Shown piece after piece: positions 13,001 through 24,940 of a stretch of 64,000 nt of DNA (positions are counted from its first letter, which is position 1; each line of letters opens with the position of its first letter). The notes beneath the pieces were generated by a model. The model did not search any database and was not told the DNA's origin. It worked only from the letters and a program-made list of their open reading frames with translations. A program made the translations under genes and the position numbers. This DNA is from Owenia fusiformis (Eukaryota): NCBI GenBank assembly GCA_903813345.2, contig CAIIXF020000001.1, forward strand, positions 6,138,001 through 6,202,000. The letters run 5' to 3'.

Positions 13001-15384
13001 GGAATGCTGTGTATTACAAGGGACACACGAAAGATGGGAATAAAATTCGTAAGACTAAAACCTTTTATCCCATGAAGATATCAATATACATATTTACAAT
13101 GCTTGAACCAACGTTAACTCTAAAAACAATTATTAAATTTTCATTGTATGATTTAGTAATTTAGTAAAACATCTGACTTGCTAAGGGGATTTAATGTTTC
13201 AGTTTACATCAACCTTAAAGAGAACGATAAGAAAGATGACGAAGCTAGAAAGATGATCCAAAAATTCATAGCTTATCATTTTAACTTACATCACAGAGAG
13301 ACACCAGAGAAAATGGCCGTAGTGCTCATAGATATGGAGGGAGCCAGTACAGGAAACATGGTATATTACCCCTTTACATGGTATACATTTATAGTTGTCA
13401 CGAGGGTGGGTATATGAGTGGTACATCAGTGGGGATTTAAGTGACAAGTGAAACGTGTCAGATTGAAAAGGGACCTCGTGGGACCTTTTGGGATTTTGCC
13501 ATGGGACTCCGTGGGATTTTGCCCCATCTTGCCCCATCGAGTCCCACGAGGTCCCATGAGGTCCCATGAAGTCCCACGTGGGACTCGGTGGGACTCGATG
13601 GGGCAAGATGGGGCAAAATCCCACGAAGTCCCATGGAGTCCCATCGAGAATGAACATGTTCATTCTTTCCATGGGGCATCGTGGGATTTTCGATCATATG
13701 ACGTGTTGTGTGAAGCCCGGCATACACCAATGGGGCACGGTGGGATTTGATGGGACTCCATGGGGCTTGGTGGGACTCCATGGGGCACGATGGGGCAAAG
13801 TCATCAAGGTCCCATGGGACTTCGTGGGATTCGATGGGGCAAATTGGGATTCGATGGGGCAAGATGGGACTCGATGGGGCAAGTGGGATTTTGCCCCATT
13901 GGTGTATACCGGGCTTAACAGAACAACCTGAATAGCGTAATATCTAACGAGTACAAAATGGATATCCTTATTCGAAAATCGAAATATTCCTAATGAAATA
14001 TATGTCATGTTATTCCAGGATATGAACAGTGTGAAGTTCATCATAACGTGTTTTAAGATTTACTTCCCTGCATACTTAGGTAACTATAAATGATCGTTCA
14101 ATAAATAATAGACTATAAAGGAACGAGTCAAAATGTTAAATAGGTCACGGGCATAATTAAGTGTTCATATTAATGTATAACATGAAATATTGCCGTGGAT
14201 ATAAAGTTGCCGATTGCCGAATGTAAAACAGAAACGGCAACATAAAATTCGGAAATATAATTAAGTAATTGAAGATCGATCTTTGTGGGCGATAATATGG
14301 TAGTTGTCTAACATGTCTCAACTTACTGTAATAAGGTAATTTTCTGACGAGTATCAACTTACTATACTTTTGAATGAAATCATAAATAAAATACGATAAA
14401 ATCAAAGCTTTATTCCCCAGCATAAAATTACAATAAAAAGTCATGTTAAAAAGTTAAAATGTCAGAAGATCTAATTGTATCCAAGTGCTTTGGAAATCCC
14501 AGTATTAAAAGTTTTTAATCCCGATATTAAAAGTTTTTAATCCCGATATTAGAAGTTTTTAATCCTGTTATTAATTGTCCTGGGTCTATCGACTGGGGTA
14601 ATCACTCAAATTGTCACTCATAATGTCAGGATGTCAGGTTTTCTGAGTCAGTAAAATGAAGGTGATTAAAATTCAGTTGTAAATCAAAATTATATTAGAG
14701 GTGTCAGCTTAGCAATATCTTATTTGGCTTTGCATTTAGGAGTGTCAGGTCAGAAAACTTTTATTCGGCAATAACAATTTTAATCCAATTCGGAAAATAA
14801 AGCACCCGGATTTAATACATGTTATACAGTATACACAGGAGCATCTTGTTAAATATCTCCAATATCATTTATTTCGATCAAGAGTCCATCTTCATCATTC
14901 GTATTAATACATTGTATACCACTTGCAGTTATATCTCCCATTTGTAATATCACGTTTCTTCCTTTCATTTCAGACTACATGTTGCAGTACGACATGCCAT
15001 TCATTCTAACAGGTGAGAAGATTCATTCAAAAAGTTGAAATAATCTAAAGGTGCCCGGCAAAATTATATTCTTGCCTTGAAACAGAACGGAGAGTAAAAT
15101 TACTTAGGGATGGGAAAGGGTAAACGGGGCGATGTAAACACTTAAACGTTTGTAAAAGCATTTTTAAACCTGTATATGAAATATTTTTGACACTCAAATC
15201 ATACTTGGGCTAAGTATGTATGTATGTATGTATGTATGTATGTATATTTTTTCTAGCTGCATGGAAAGTGATCAGTGCTCTCTTGAACAAGGAACAAGCA
15301 GCCAAGATTCGCATGATAAAGAAGGGTGAAATGAAGAATTATCTCGATGATGATAACCTAAAACATTGGCCACACATGCAGTGA
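10099..15384 (+). CDS. MOSPD2-like CRAL-TRIO (Sec14-like) lipid-binding protein, ~237 aa, lacking MSP and TM domains
   Basis: Exons 10099-10116, 10527-10581, 12615-12782, 12962-13048, 13203-13360, 14019-14079, 14974-15012 and 15257-15384 splice in frame (714 nt). Peptides YDPRDVNRIETDD, KFRKEWEINDLNENSFP, GHTKDGNKI, DMNSVKFIITCFKIYFPAYL, YDMPFILTAAWKVI and WPHM parallel the N-terminal CRAL-TRIO region of MOSPD2. Ends CAG TGA TAA. Confidence 0.85.
10940..12143. mobile_element. Non-autonomous TIR element with 7-bp TSD (P-element-like)
   Basis: Termini CAAGGG..CAATACCCGG / CCGGGTATTG..CCCTTG, flanked by duplicated ATCTTAC (10933-10939 and 12144-12150). Confidence 0.7.
12143..12347. repeat. 32-bp minisatellite (GATCTTACTGTAATGCACAAATAAACAGTCAT)n
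   Basis: About 6 tandem units, with further diverged units at ~10835-10939 on the other side of the inserted element. Confidence 0.85.
13470..13916. repeat. GC-rich ~10-bp-periodic (GTGGGACTC/GATGGGGCAA) foldback repeat with terminal inverted repeat
   Basis: Short units occur in both orientations. 13713-13916 is bounded by AAGCCCGGCATACACCAATGGGGCA / TGCCCCATTGGTGTATACCGGGCTT. Confidence 0.75.
15214..15245. repeat. (GTAT)n microsatellite just upstream of the last CRAL-TRIO exon acceptor
   Basis: 8 GTAT units read directly. Confidence 0.9.
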
Positions 15385-16183
15385 TAAAACGTATAACTTG
15401 GATCAAATTTTTGCAGAATCTGGTAACTATTAATTCTCAGAAATATCTGATTCTATTTATTTTAAAGTGAAAACTCAAATAGTACAAATTTTATATAATA
15501 TATCCGATTTACTAAAATCATCGGATCCCCAGGCTCAAATACAAAATCTGGTAATAAATAGTGAAATCTATCAGAGAAAATCATCATAGAATTACAAAAT
15601 TCTTGACTTTTTTATTTCTAAAATAGCAAGTCCCATATGAGCATTGGCAGTACAGTTGATGACAAATAAGATTGTGATAGAAAATCTGTAAATGTAACGT
15701 TTCTTTTTCAGTCTTTCCTAGCTTTGCAGTTAAAGTCCAGGTACAATTTGGGATACGTCCTCACAACTTACAGCTTTAAAGCTTGAACCCTTATTGGGAT
15801 ATCTCTTGTCAGGATATATCCAGTGAAGCGATGCAAACAATGCAAATATCAAACTACAAAGTATATCTCTTTTTTAGAAAAACTATTTGGTCTGTCCGTG
15901 GCTACATGCAAAGCCAAATACCTGTATAAATAGAATTCGAAATAGCCAGTTAGAATTACAAATGACTTTCATATAAGATAGATATCAGACTACTTACTAT
16001 ACTATTAATTATGTTTTGGATCATTTTGCTTATATACATGCAGCTTATTGCTTCAATGTGCAGTTTTCCTCATATGTTGTTCAGATGTATTATTTGGAGC
16101 AATACAGATTAGTTGACCAATCAAAGATATGTTTTGTTCAAAATAAATATGCGAGGAATTGAAGTTGAAATTTTAATTTAAAG

Positions 16184-16351
16184 CTTGTATTTGCGAATGC
16201 AAATAACGGCTGTTGGCTACCGGATTAACCTTCTTTTTTTCTGGAAAAATCATTCAAATTTGAATGGGATAGTGGCGTTTAAATGAGTTGGTCATAAAAT
16301 AGTAGGTTAATCCGGAAGCAGACAGCCGAAAGTTGCATTGGCGCATACAAG
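16184..16351. mobile_element. Small palindromic MITE (CTTGTAT..GCTACCGGATTAAC / GGTTAATCCG..ATACAAG)
   Basis: Inverted arms; related copy at 21206-21332. Confidence 0.6.
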
Positions 16352-17755
16352 GTAAGTCTCATCCTTCGCCTCCCCTCTTCATATACAAGGTACGGGGTTC
16401 AGAAAAGAAGACCAGCATATAATCATATTAAGTATGTCTATATGAGACACTGAAGTAGTCTTTTTTACATTTTAAAACCTCAAAATGTAAGTGATTATTG
16501 ATAACTTTAAATATTGATTATGAAATAAAACTTAGTTGAACTAAATTATAATTTTGGACTTTTGAACAACTAGATGTTTTAAATGATCTACGCTTATATA
16601 CTGTATATCATGCAGGGAGATAACGCAGACTTTGGGCTCATACTTTTGATGATAATGTCTACATTATCTTATCTTTATGAAGAAGATAATAATACTTTGA
16701 ATTACTTTCTAGTTCGTCAATGATACACGGGACACCTTCCAAGGTCTCTCGTGCATGGTCACAAGAACTGAACGTAGTGTCCTTTGTTAATTGTTATCAT
16801 TACATTTTATTTTATAATTAAACTATGATTTAACTATTATCAGAAAAATGGGCCTTAAATTTTGGGCCCACTTTTAGGTTTTGGGGGCCAAATTATTTTT
16901 TGAGACGTCAAATATCCCCCCGTTGGTCCCTGGCTCCGCTTATGCATGTCTAACTGTTAGGCTATCGATGACGGGGTAGAATGAGCCCCGGGGATGAACC
17001 CAAGGTTTTCCTTTTACAAATATTGTTAAAATGTCTTGTTTAAAAACTATTTGAACATTCTTAGTAAAACGATGGAGCAAGTAATTGATCTGATTTTAGA
17101 AAGAAATCGAAGATGTATGTATTTGAAATTAATGTTTTAATCAGTATTGTCTCTGATACTTAAAATATTCGTGTATGCAGGTATGCAGTGATATTTGTTC
17201 TTTCGAATTGTCAGACGTCTGTGACGTTTCAATAACTTTGTAATGATTAAAGTTGTACTAAAATCTCAGAATCTCTTATTATCTTGCATTTAGCACAAAT
17301 GACACCCCTTTTGTTATTTTGACTACAAAGCTTGTGATATTTCCCCACAAAACACGATTTATTAAGACAAGACTGTCAACCTCTGAAATGTTGTTATTTT
17401 TGCGCAGTCACCTGACTATGACAGTTTTGACGTACCATGTGCCAAGTTATTCTATTCTGGCGCTAAATCGAAAAGTTGTTGTTCCGAACTACTACGAAGG
17501 CTGAACCAAAGTATATTTATATATTAGTTTCACATTTTTTAATTGATTGAACTTCACAAAAAGAAACTTGTGGAAAGAGCAAGTGGTAATATTATTCACT
17601 ACAAGGAATTGATCAAAATGAATTTGTTAGACCGTATATCGATAACTGGAAATGTTAACCCAGTAATTATATTTTGGCCTTACAGTATTACATTCAGGTT
17701 AAAAAGTTGTAATCCCCAAACACTGGCAATTTTGCTGTTATACTTGTATAACTAA

Positions 17756-17895
17756 TGCCTGGGTCACATATGCTCCGATCCATCGGCCGGCGCCCGGCCG
17801 ATTGAGTGTTTTGTTCAATATTGAATTCAATTTTGAACAAAATACTCAATCGGCCGGGCGCCGTAGTGAAAATCGGAGCCTATGTGACCAAGGCA
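17756..17895. mobile_element. 140-bp palindromic MITE flanked by TAA (PIF/Harbinger Tourist-like)
   Basis: TAA-TGCCTGGGTCACATATGCTCCGAT ... ATCGGAGCCTATGTGACCAAGGCA-TAA. Reverse copy at 31086-31225. Confidence 0.75.
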
Positions 17896-18856
17896 TAACA
17901 TGCGTTCAATAGCGTTTCAGCTCGATTGATTCCACACTCAATTGCAAGTGATATTAGTAAAGTGTGGTCTTCATACGGTAAGATAGCATAAATATATCTA
18001 TCGAATAAAATGGTTTGGGTAACTTTAACAAATGCATTCCAACAAAATTCCTGCAGATAAATGATTTTATTGATTTACGTGGTCTCATTTGTCTTAGATA
18101 AATCAGGTTGGGTGAAATCGGGTTGAAATGTCCTGCATGTTATCAAAAGGCGTTCGGTTGTTTTAATATGTTATACATGTATATTAGGCATTTACACACA
18201 GAGTAGAGTGACCTCTTTTAATGAGATGAGGATTTTACCATTTACTTCTGAGTAAATGAGGATTTCAGCAAGGATGCCGTTGACTTATGGGGATAAAATT
18301 GACTTCAATCCTGCTGAATGCAATAGTTTAGATCCGACGAGGAGAAATAATTTGATTTATTTCATTAAAAGTTCAGCCAAAGTGCAGGTCAAAGTGATAT
18401 CATATTTGAAATCTGCGTGTTATTTCATCTAGGTTTTAATCAATTTATTTTCTTTGAAATGAGACTTCTAGGTCGGAGAGATTCCCCACAGACCCCATGT
18501 TATAAAATCACAAAAATTGAAATATCTTCTATTGTATTGGACAGATATTAGCCACCTGGTGATGAAGCTGGTAACTACCAACTACCTACTCGCATCTTGG
18601 TTATTCATTCTTCATACAACTCGCGGTCTTTGGTATGTTTATGCATCATTACATCCTCGAATATATATGCAAAATCGAGAAAGATTGGCTAAAACTGTAA
18701 ATATTTGAGACCTACTGTCATTTCTTGATGAAGACCCTGTAGGTATAAATTCGTAAAAAGTACCAACAAATGTTGGAGGTTATTGAGTATTGGAGCAGCC
18801 ATAGACTTAATATTAATTATGGAGCATGTTTCCACTTGGTGGCCATGGAACAGGCC

Positions 18857-19150
18857 CACTGGTGGATCCAGAAGCTAACAAGGGGGGAGTCTGGAAAAAT
18901 CATGGGCCCCAAAAATTGGGCCCAAATTTTGTAATACAAGGATAATTTGACAAAAAGGTCTAAAAGGCCAAATTATGCCCAAAAATGCCCATTTTTTGAG
19001 GCCCAGCAACATTTTTGGCCCCAAAACTTTTTAGGGCCCTAATTTTTTTCCTGGGCCCACAAAAAAGAAGAATGGCCAAAATCACTCGAAAAGTCCTCAT
19101 TTTTTTTGGCCAGGTGGGGGAAGGGTTTGCTTGAGCATCTGACCACCCTG
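18857..19150. mobile_element. GC-rich CACTGG(C/T)GGAT-family MITE, degenerate copy
   Basis: Begins CACTGGTGGATCC and has the same GGGCCC/AAAA body as 35292-35610. Confidence 0.55.
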
Positions 19151-19921
19151 GTTTGTATTTAATTAAAATTACTTAGTTTGTCCATGGGCTTTCAACAGAA
19201 ATCCCATGGTTTGTCAATAGAATAACACAATGGACTTTTCAACAAATTTTTATTATGGCGAGGAAAATGCATGATTCATATTTCTCTTTTGACATGTTTA
19301 GGAGTTTGAGCATCGCGTGTTCTACAAACTTTTACATGGTTATATTGTGTTCTCCAATTCAACGTACCCAAACGCCTGTACTGACTGATTGTATATTTAC
19401 AACTGAACAAGGCGATCTATATTAGAGCGAGGTACTTTATTTGCATTTACCAGTACTACATCTCTGTTAAGATTTAAATTCAATACAAAGGTGAAGAGGT
19501 GTTTGAGATATCAGGTGACATGGTATAAGATAGGTGAATATATTACGGAGAGTTTGTTGTAATGAAGGCATTTCAATAGACTTTGTTCTTCATTTATGTC
19601 CTTCATACAGTCTAGAAATCAATTTACATTCAAACATTTAACAACCTGTCTTAGTTGGATTACAAAGGTTGGTTTACCTGTTTTGCTGCAATCAGAGGAT
19701 CTATACTGCTGCATTACACTGAAGAGTTGAGAAAGGTAAACTCATTATTTAGAATATTGCATTTTGATTTATTAGGAACTAACACATTCAGTTAATATTT
19801 GTAGTTTGTACTTTGCATTTAGTATATTTGACACCTTCATAAATGTGAATAACAAACTGTAATATTAGATGTCTGTGAGAGATACATATCATTTTTACTT
19901 ATTAGCATTTGTTGTTTAGCA

Positions 19922-22900
19922 ATGGAAAACAACGGTTATGTGTCGGATGAAAAGGGCGTATCAGACTCCAAAATTGTCATTGATGACGCACCTTCTCCAG
20001 AGAAGATCAACGACCAAGAGAAGTATGAACTGGCCAAGGCAGAGCTTGCTTCAAGACCGTATGCTGGAATGCCCAAAGACGACCTACTCAGATTTTCCCA
20101 GACCCCATTTTGGAAGCGTTTTAGAATTGCCTGTTTGGTGATATTTTGGTTGATCTGGCTGGGTCTCCTGGCTGCAGTAGTTGCACTCACCATTGTTTGG
20201 CCCAGGTGCAACAGTGCTCCAAGCCAGGATTGGTGGCAGACCAGCGCTATGTATCAAGTCTACCCAAAGAGCTTCCAAGATTCTAATGGAGATGAATATG
20301 GAGATCTGAAAGGTTGGTTCCTTACTTGTTCATTCACACAATGTGATGTAAAGATAATTGTGCAAAAATATCAATACTTACCATATTCTTTACATTCTTT
20401 GACTTCTGTACCTTATGGTCGTTACTTCATTTAGTTTTAAATAGAAATATTACCACATAGAGCGCTGCAGTAGCATTTTAGTATTTGTATCTGAGAAGAG
20501 AACTAACAAAATGACATCATTTCTACTTTTCTTTCTACTTTGTACCACTAGGAGTTGAGTCTAGACTAAAATATCTGAAGGAACTGAAGACTGAAGCAGT
20601 TATACTGAGTTCAGTGTACAAGACCAATGGCGTGGACCACGGCTATGATGTTACGAATCATACCCTCATTGATCCCATCTTCGGCACCATGAATGATTTT
20701 GATGCCCTGCTCAAGAAAACTCACGAAGAAAGTAATAACTCAAGTTTTCAAGTAAAAATCACTCTGAAAATATCAAATGTAGTAACTACTGCTATTTACT
20801 TTCTAACATTTGGTGATGTATATTCGTTCTATTGAGTAATTATAAATTAAAGATGTCTATATATTATATCGTTAGATTGTTGAAGTCGTGTTCTTTGGCA
20901 GCTCCACCATGCAACACTTTTCACTTTCACTTTTCAGGCATGTACCTCGTCGTGGATTTCATTCCAAACCATAGCAGTGATCAGCATCCTTGGTTTATTG
21001 AAAGTAAGAAGGCCACATCCAACTCTTACAGAAACTATTATGTTTGGGCTGACTGTACGCCAACCGATATGCCTAACAACTGGGTAATTAGCATGCTCAT
21101 TATATGTTAATTTAGAATTGCTTGACTGTTGACACTTACGAAATGTTTCACAGTAATTTTTTAGCTCAATATGATTTACTTGTTTTGATGGTTTCTCAAG
21201 CTAAACTTGTATTCGCAAATGCAATTAGCGGCTACCGGATTAACGTATTAATTTTAACAGGTTAATTTATGAAAATTAATCGGTTAATCCGAATCCAGTA
21301 GCCGACAGTCAAAGGTTGCATTCTCGAATACATACTTAGACTTATAATATAAATGCTAATTTTAGCATAATTTGTCTCCACGAGAGTCAGTCATATAGTA
21401 GTAACTGAATGCGTTACACATATATATGCTATTACTTTATGGCTTTATGTTGTAGAGGAGCGTGTATGGTGGGTCTGCTTGGACATATGATTCAGACAGA
21501 CAGCAGTGTTATCTGCATCAATTCCTGACGCAACAGCCAGAGCTCAACCTTAGAAGCGCTCAAGTTAGAGAAGAACTAGAGGTGAAGCCATGAACTCTGC
21601 ATGTCCAATCAGATTAGCCACGAGAGCAATAATATTCTTTAGTAGATATATCCAAAATAGGCATACGTTGTCGGTTCGTAGGGTTTAGACTACAACAAAG
21701 ATTTGGAAATAATATCTTCGTGGAATGGTTCAGCACACAATGCACCAACGCTTAAATCCTCAAACCACCAATGAAATAACCATTTATGATAATGAATAAT
21801 GCAGAAAATGGAACCACAGATTCTGCTGAAAAAGTTCATAATTCAAATATTTTTGCACACGTAATAATTTAACTTATTCTATTTTAGGCTATTATGCGTT
21901 TCTGGTTGGACAAGGGTGTCGATGGGTTCAGAGTTAACTCAGTGGATTATCTGTTTGAGGACTATGACCTTAGAGACGAGCCTTCTTCTAGTACCTCAAA
22001 TGTCACGGTAAGTCTTCTTAATTTACATAAACTAGAAAGGGAACGTACTTCGTGCTCAATTCCCGTCTTAATTTATTCCCTTAAACATAAGATAAACGAA
22101 TTCTATGTTCTCATTGGAGTTGTAAACATAAAACAGTGTATTTCGTTCTCAACTATTAGATTATAACAATGACACAAACAATGTTGTCGTGGCACATAGT
22201 GATATCGCCAAGTTGCACCTCTACATTGGTGTGTTCCACCAACTGCCTGCGTTCAGTGATTAACCTCTAAATAGTTATGGAGTTTATGTATTTACAATTT
22301 ACTCCCATTTGGATTTTATGTATGATGCATATGATGACTGTGTAAAGTGTTGCATGGATTGTGTTCAAGCTGAGAAGTTTGTTTCAGAACGCATATGATT
22401 CTCTGGACCATATCTACACCAAATCACAACCAGAAATTCACGATATTATCGCAAGATGGAGGGCAATTATTGACGAGTATTCAAAACTTCGCAACGGCAG
22501 AAAGCGGTGAGTCTATATACGTAATTTACATCTATCATGATCTATAAAATTAACAGCACAAACTGGATACGTTTAGTCCATAAATTAATTTTTTAAATCT
22601 TCAATGTTCTTGAATTTCAGAGTTTTACTGACCGATGCCGATGTTGAGGTCTCTGAGAGCATGAATTACTACAAGTATCTGGGGCGTCAAGGGGCACATC
22701 TTCCTCAAAACTTCCTTCTCTCTAAAGTCTCACCGGGCTGTGGTGGTTATTGCGTAGAGAAACAGGTTATGGACTGGACCAGAGGGATGCCTAGTGGATC
22801 CACTGCTACTTGGCTAGTAAGATATTTTATTTTTGTAACTACGTTTGATTTTTCTTCGTGACACGTTTCTTAAGTTCATAGTTATTTCCTAAGATAGGAT

Positions 22901-24638
22901 AGATATAACTGACATTGTCATGGTTAAATCTGATACCAATCATTTCTTAGGTAACCAAACCTTTATGAACCAGTAATCTATACTCCTTATATTATATCAA
23001 CGTCATTTTTATAGCTTGGAAGTCAAAACCAAGGACGAATTGCAAACCAGCTTGTTGACTACACACGTGTGGCTTCTATGCTTCAACTCCTCCTCCCTGG
23101 TACACCGATGGTCTATTACGGAGAAGATATAGGAATGCACAACGCTAATCTCACGACTAGTAAGGATCCTGGATACACAGACCCAGTAAGTCAAACACAT
23201 GGCCATAGGAAATCAATCTAAATAATGTATGGCTTTGTATGGTTGGTTCTTGGTTATTAAAAACAATACTGTAGTTCCTAGTTTTCTTACTGAAAATACC
23301 CATTGATCTCGGACAAAACGTCTTAAAAAGGCTCACCCGAAGCCATCTACAATTTTATTATCCTTATTTCCATAGAAACAATCTAGAGACAGGGCTAGGA
23401 CACCCATGCAATGGATGAACGGAACAAATGCTGGTTTTTCTAATGGTACAGTCGCTCCATGGTTACCTGTCAACCCGAGTTCAGTTTACAGAAATGTCAT
23501 GGTAAGATTTAATCCCATATACACGGCCAAGATCGGTGAGAACGAGTGGAGGGGGCATGTTGCGATTTCTTCAAAAAATTCAATTCTATATCTGAAATAT
23601 TCATTTTTTTATGAGAAAGTTTACTGTTCGCTGTATGAATAGCTAGGTGCATGGTACAGAGAAATCGGCCAGGTCTTCTGTGGTTATTTTGAACTGATCT
23701 GCTGATAGGAGATCTATTTTAAAGACGCAATGCCACCAGCGTCCAAAAGTTAATCGTTTTGCTATGAATCAAACAGTGAAGGTTAACACGACCTGCAATG
23801 AATGTGTATAGATATCGTAATTATCACGGGGGGGGGGGTTACATTAAGCTACAACCCCCCCCCTTTCCACTCATTGTATTATTTGATTATTTTTGAAAAT
23901 GTTTTGCCGTGATATAAACTGATGAGGCAGTTATGAAAAGTATATAAAGTTCTGTCATACGTGCACAATTGCACATCCATCCACATTACACAATGTAGGT
24001 CTCATTATATGTCGTAACTTTGGAGAAAACTATTTAGCACACTTTCATTGTAGACTTACTTAAATTTTAGGTAGAGAATGAGGACGGGAACTCCATGTTA
24101 GGATTGTACAAGGCTCTGCTCACATTGAGAAGAGAGAATTCTTTCAAGTACGGCACTGCTGCCCATGTCGCAGTGGTCAACGACGACGTCTTCTCATTTG
24201 TCAGGGAATTTGACGGTCAAGAGAGGTAATAAAATTAGCATTTTCACATCACAACCGAACAATCTGCCAAGCCATCGCTCATTTTCTTCAGCAATAAAGA
24301 TAGTAGGCCTAATAAGGACATAATCCACGACCCTTGATCAATATTATGTTTGATCTATACTACATGTATATAGCGTTTCTGAGAAATATACGTTAACTGA
24401 TTACGAATTATGAAGATTCATCGCATTATTTATTGACAGGTACCTGGTTGCTGTCAATTTCGGAAACAAGGACTCTACTGTGAATTACTACACTGACCAC
24501 CATTTGGTCCCAGAGCAGGGTGAGGTCGTCGAAACAACAAGGAACAATGTGGGCCTTAGTGGGACCCGCTCTCTCAATGGAGTTAAGCTCAGTCCGGGTC
24601 AGGGAGTTGTGTTCAAGTGGGACGCCCCTCCAAGATAA
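19922..24638 (+). CDS. SLC3A1: SLC3-family amino-acid transporter heavy chain (rBAT-like; TM helix + GH13-like ectodomain), ~642 aa
   Basis: 11 in-frame exons: 19922-20312, 20552-20731, 20938-21083, 21456-21581, 21888-22007, 22388-22506, 22621-22816, 23015-23185, 23376-23501, 24071-24225 and 24440-24638. Motifs: [16 protein letters not shown] helix followed by PRC (light-chain disulfide Cys), [61 protein letters not shown] and RTPMQW. Orthology to SLC3A1 rather than SLC3A2 is inferred from the retained domain B. Confidence 0.92.
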
Positions 24639-24883
24639 ACTCGTCTGAAGCATTGATTACTAGTTGACATTTGACTTTATTACGTTATAAATGATTGACG
24701 ATGTAATTCATCATGGTAGTTCAAAAAGTATTAACACTATTCTACGTCTTGATTATAAAAGTGAATATTTCGATCTTCGTAAGCGTAACTGTTGCAGAGA
24801 TGCTGTTTTTAGGAGTTGTATCAAGGGTCTTAAAAGCATATTCATATTTCAATGATTGAAACTAATCGTGATATCCATGGAGA

Positions 24884-24889
24884 AATAAA
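24884..24889 (+). terminator. Candidate polyadenylation signal of the SLC3 gene
   Basis: AATAAA ~245 nt after the stop codon. Confidence 0.5.
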
Positions 24890-24940
24890 ATTTAACATTT
24901 CAAACAATTCTGCGGTTGTCCCCGTTTATAATGTCTACAA

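Noticed and set aside
13286-14044. Cluster of overlapping ORFs of 60-134 aa on both strands
   Set aside because: Caused by a GC-rich, stop-poor repeat in an intron of the CRAL-TRIO gene. The translations are low-complexity repeats.
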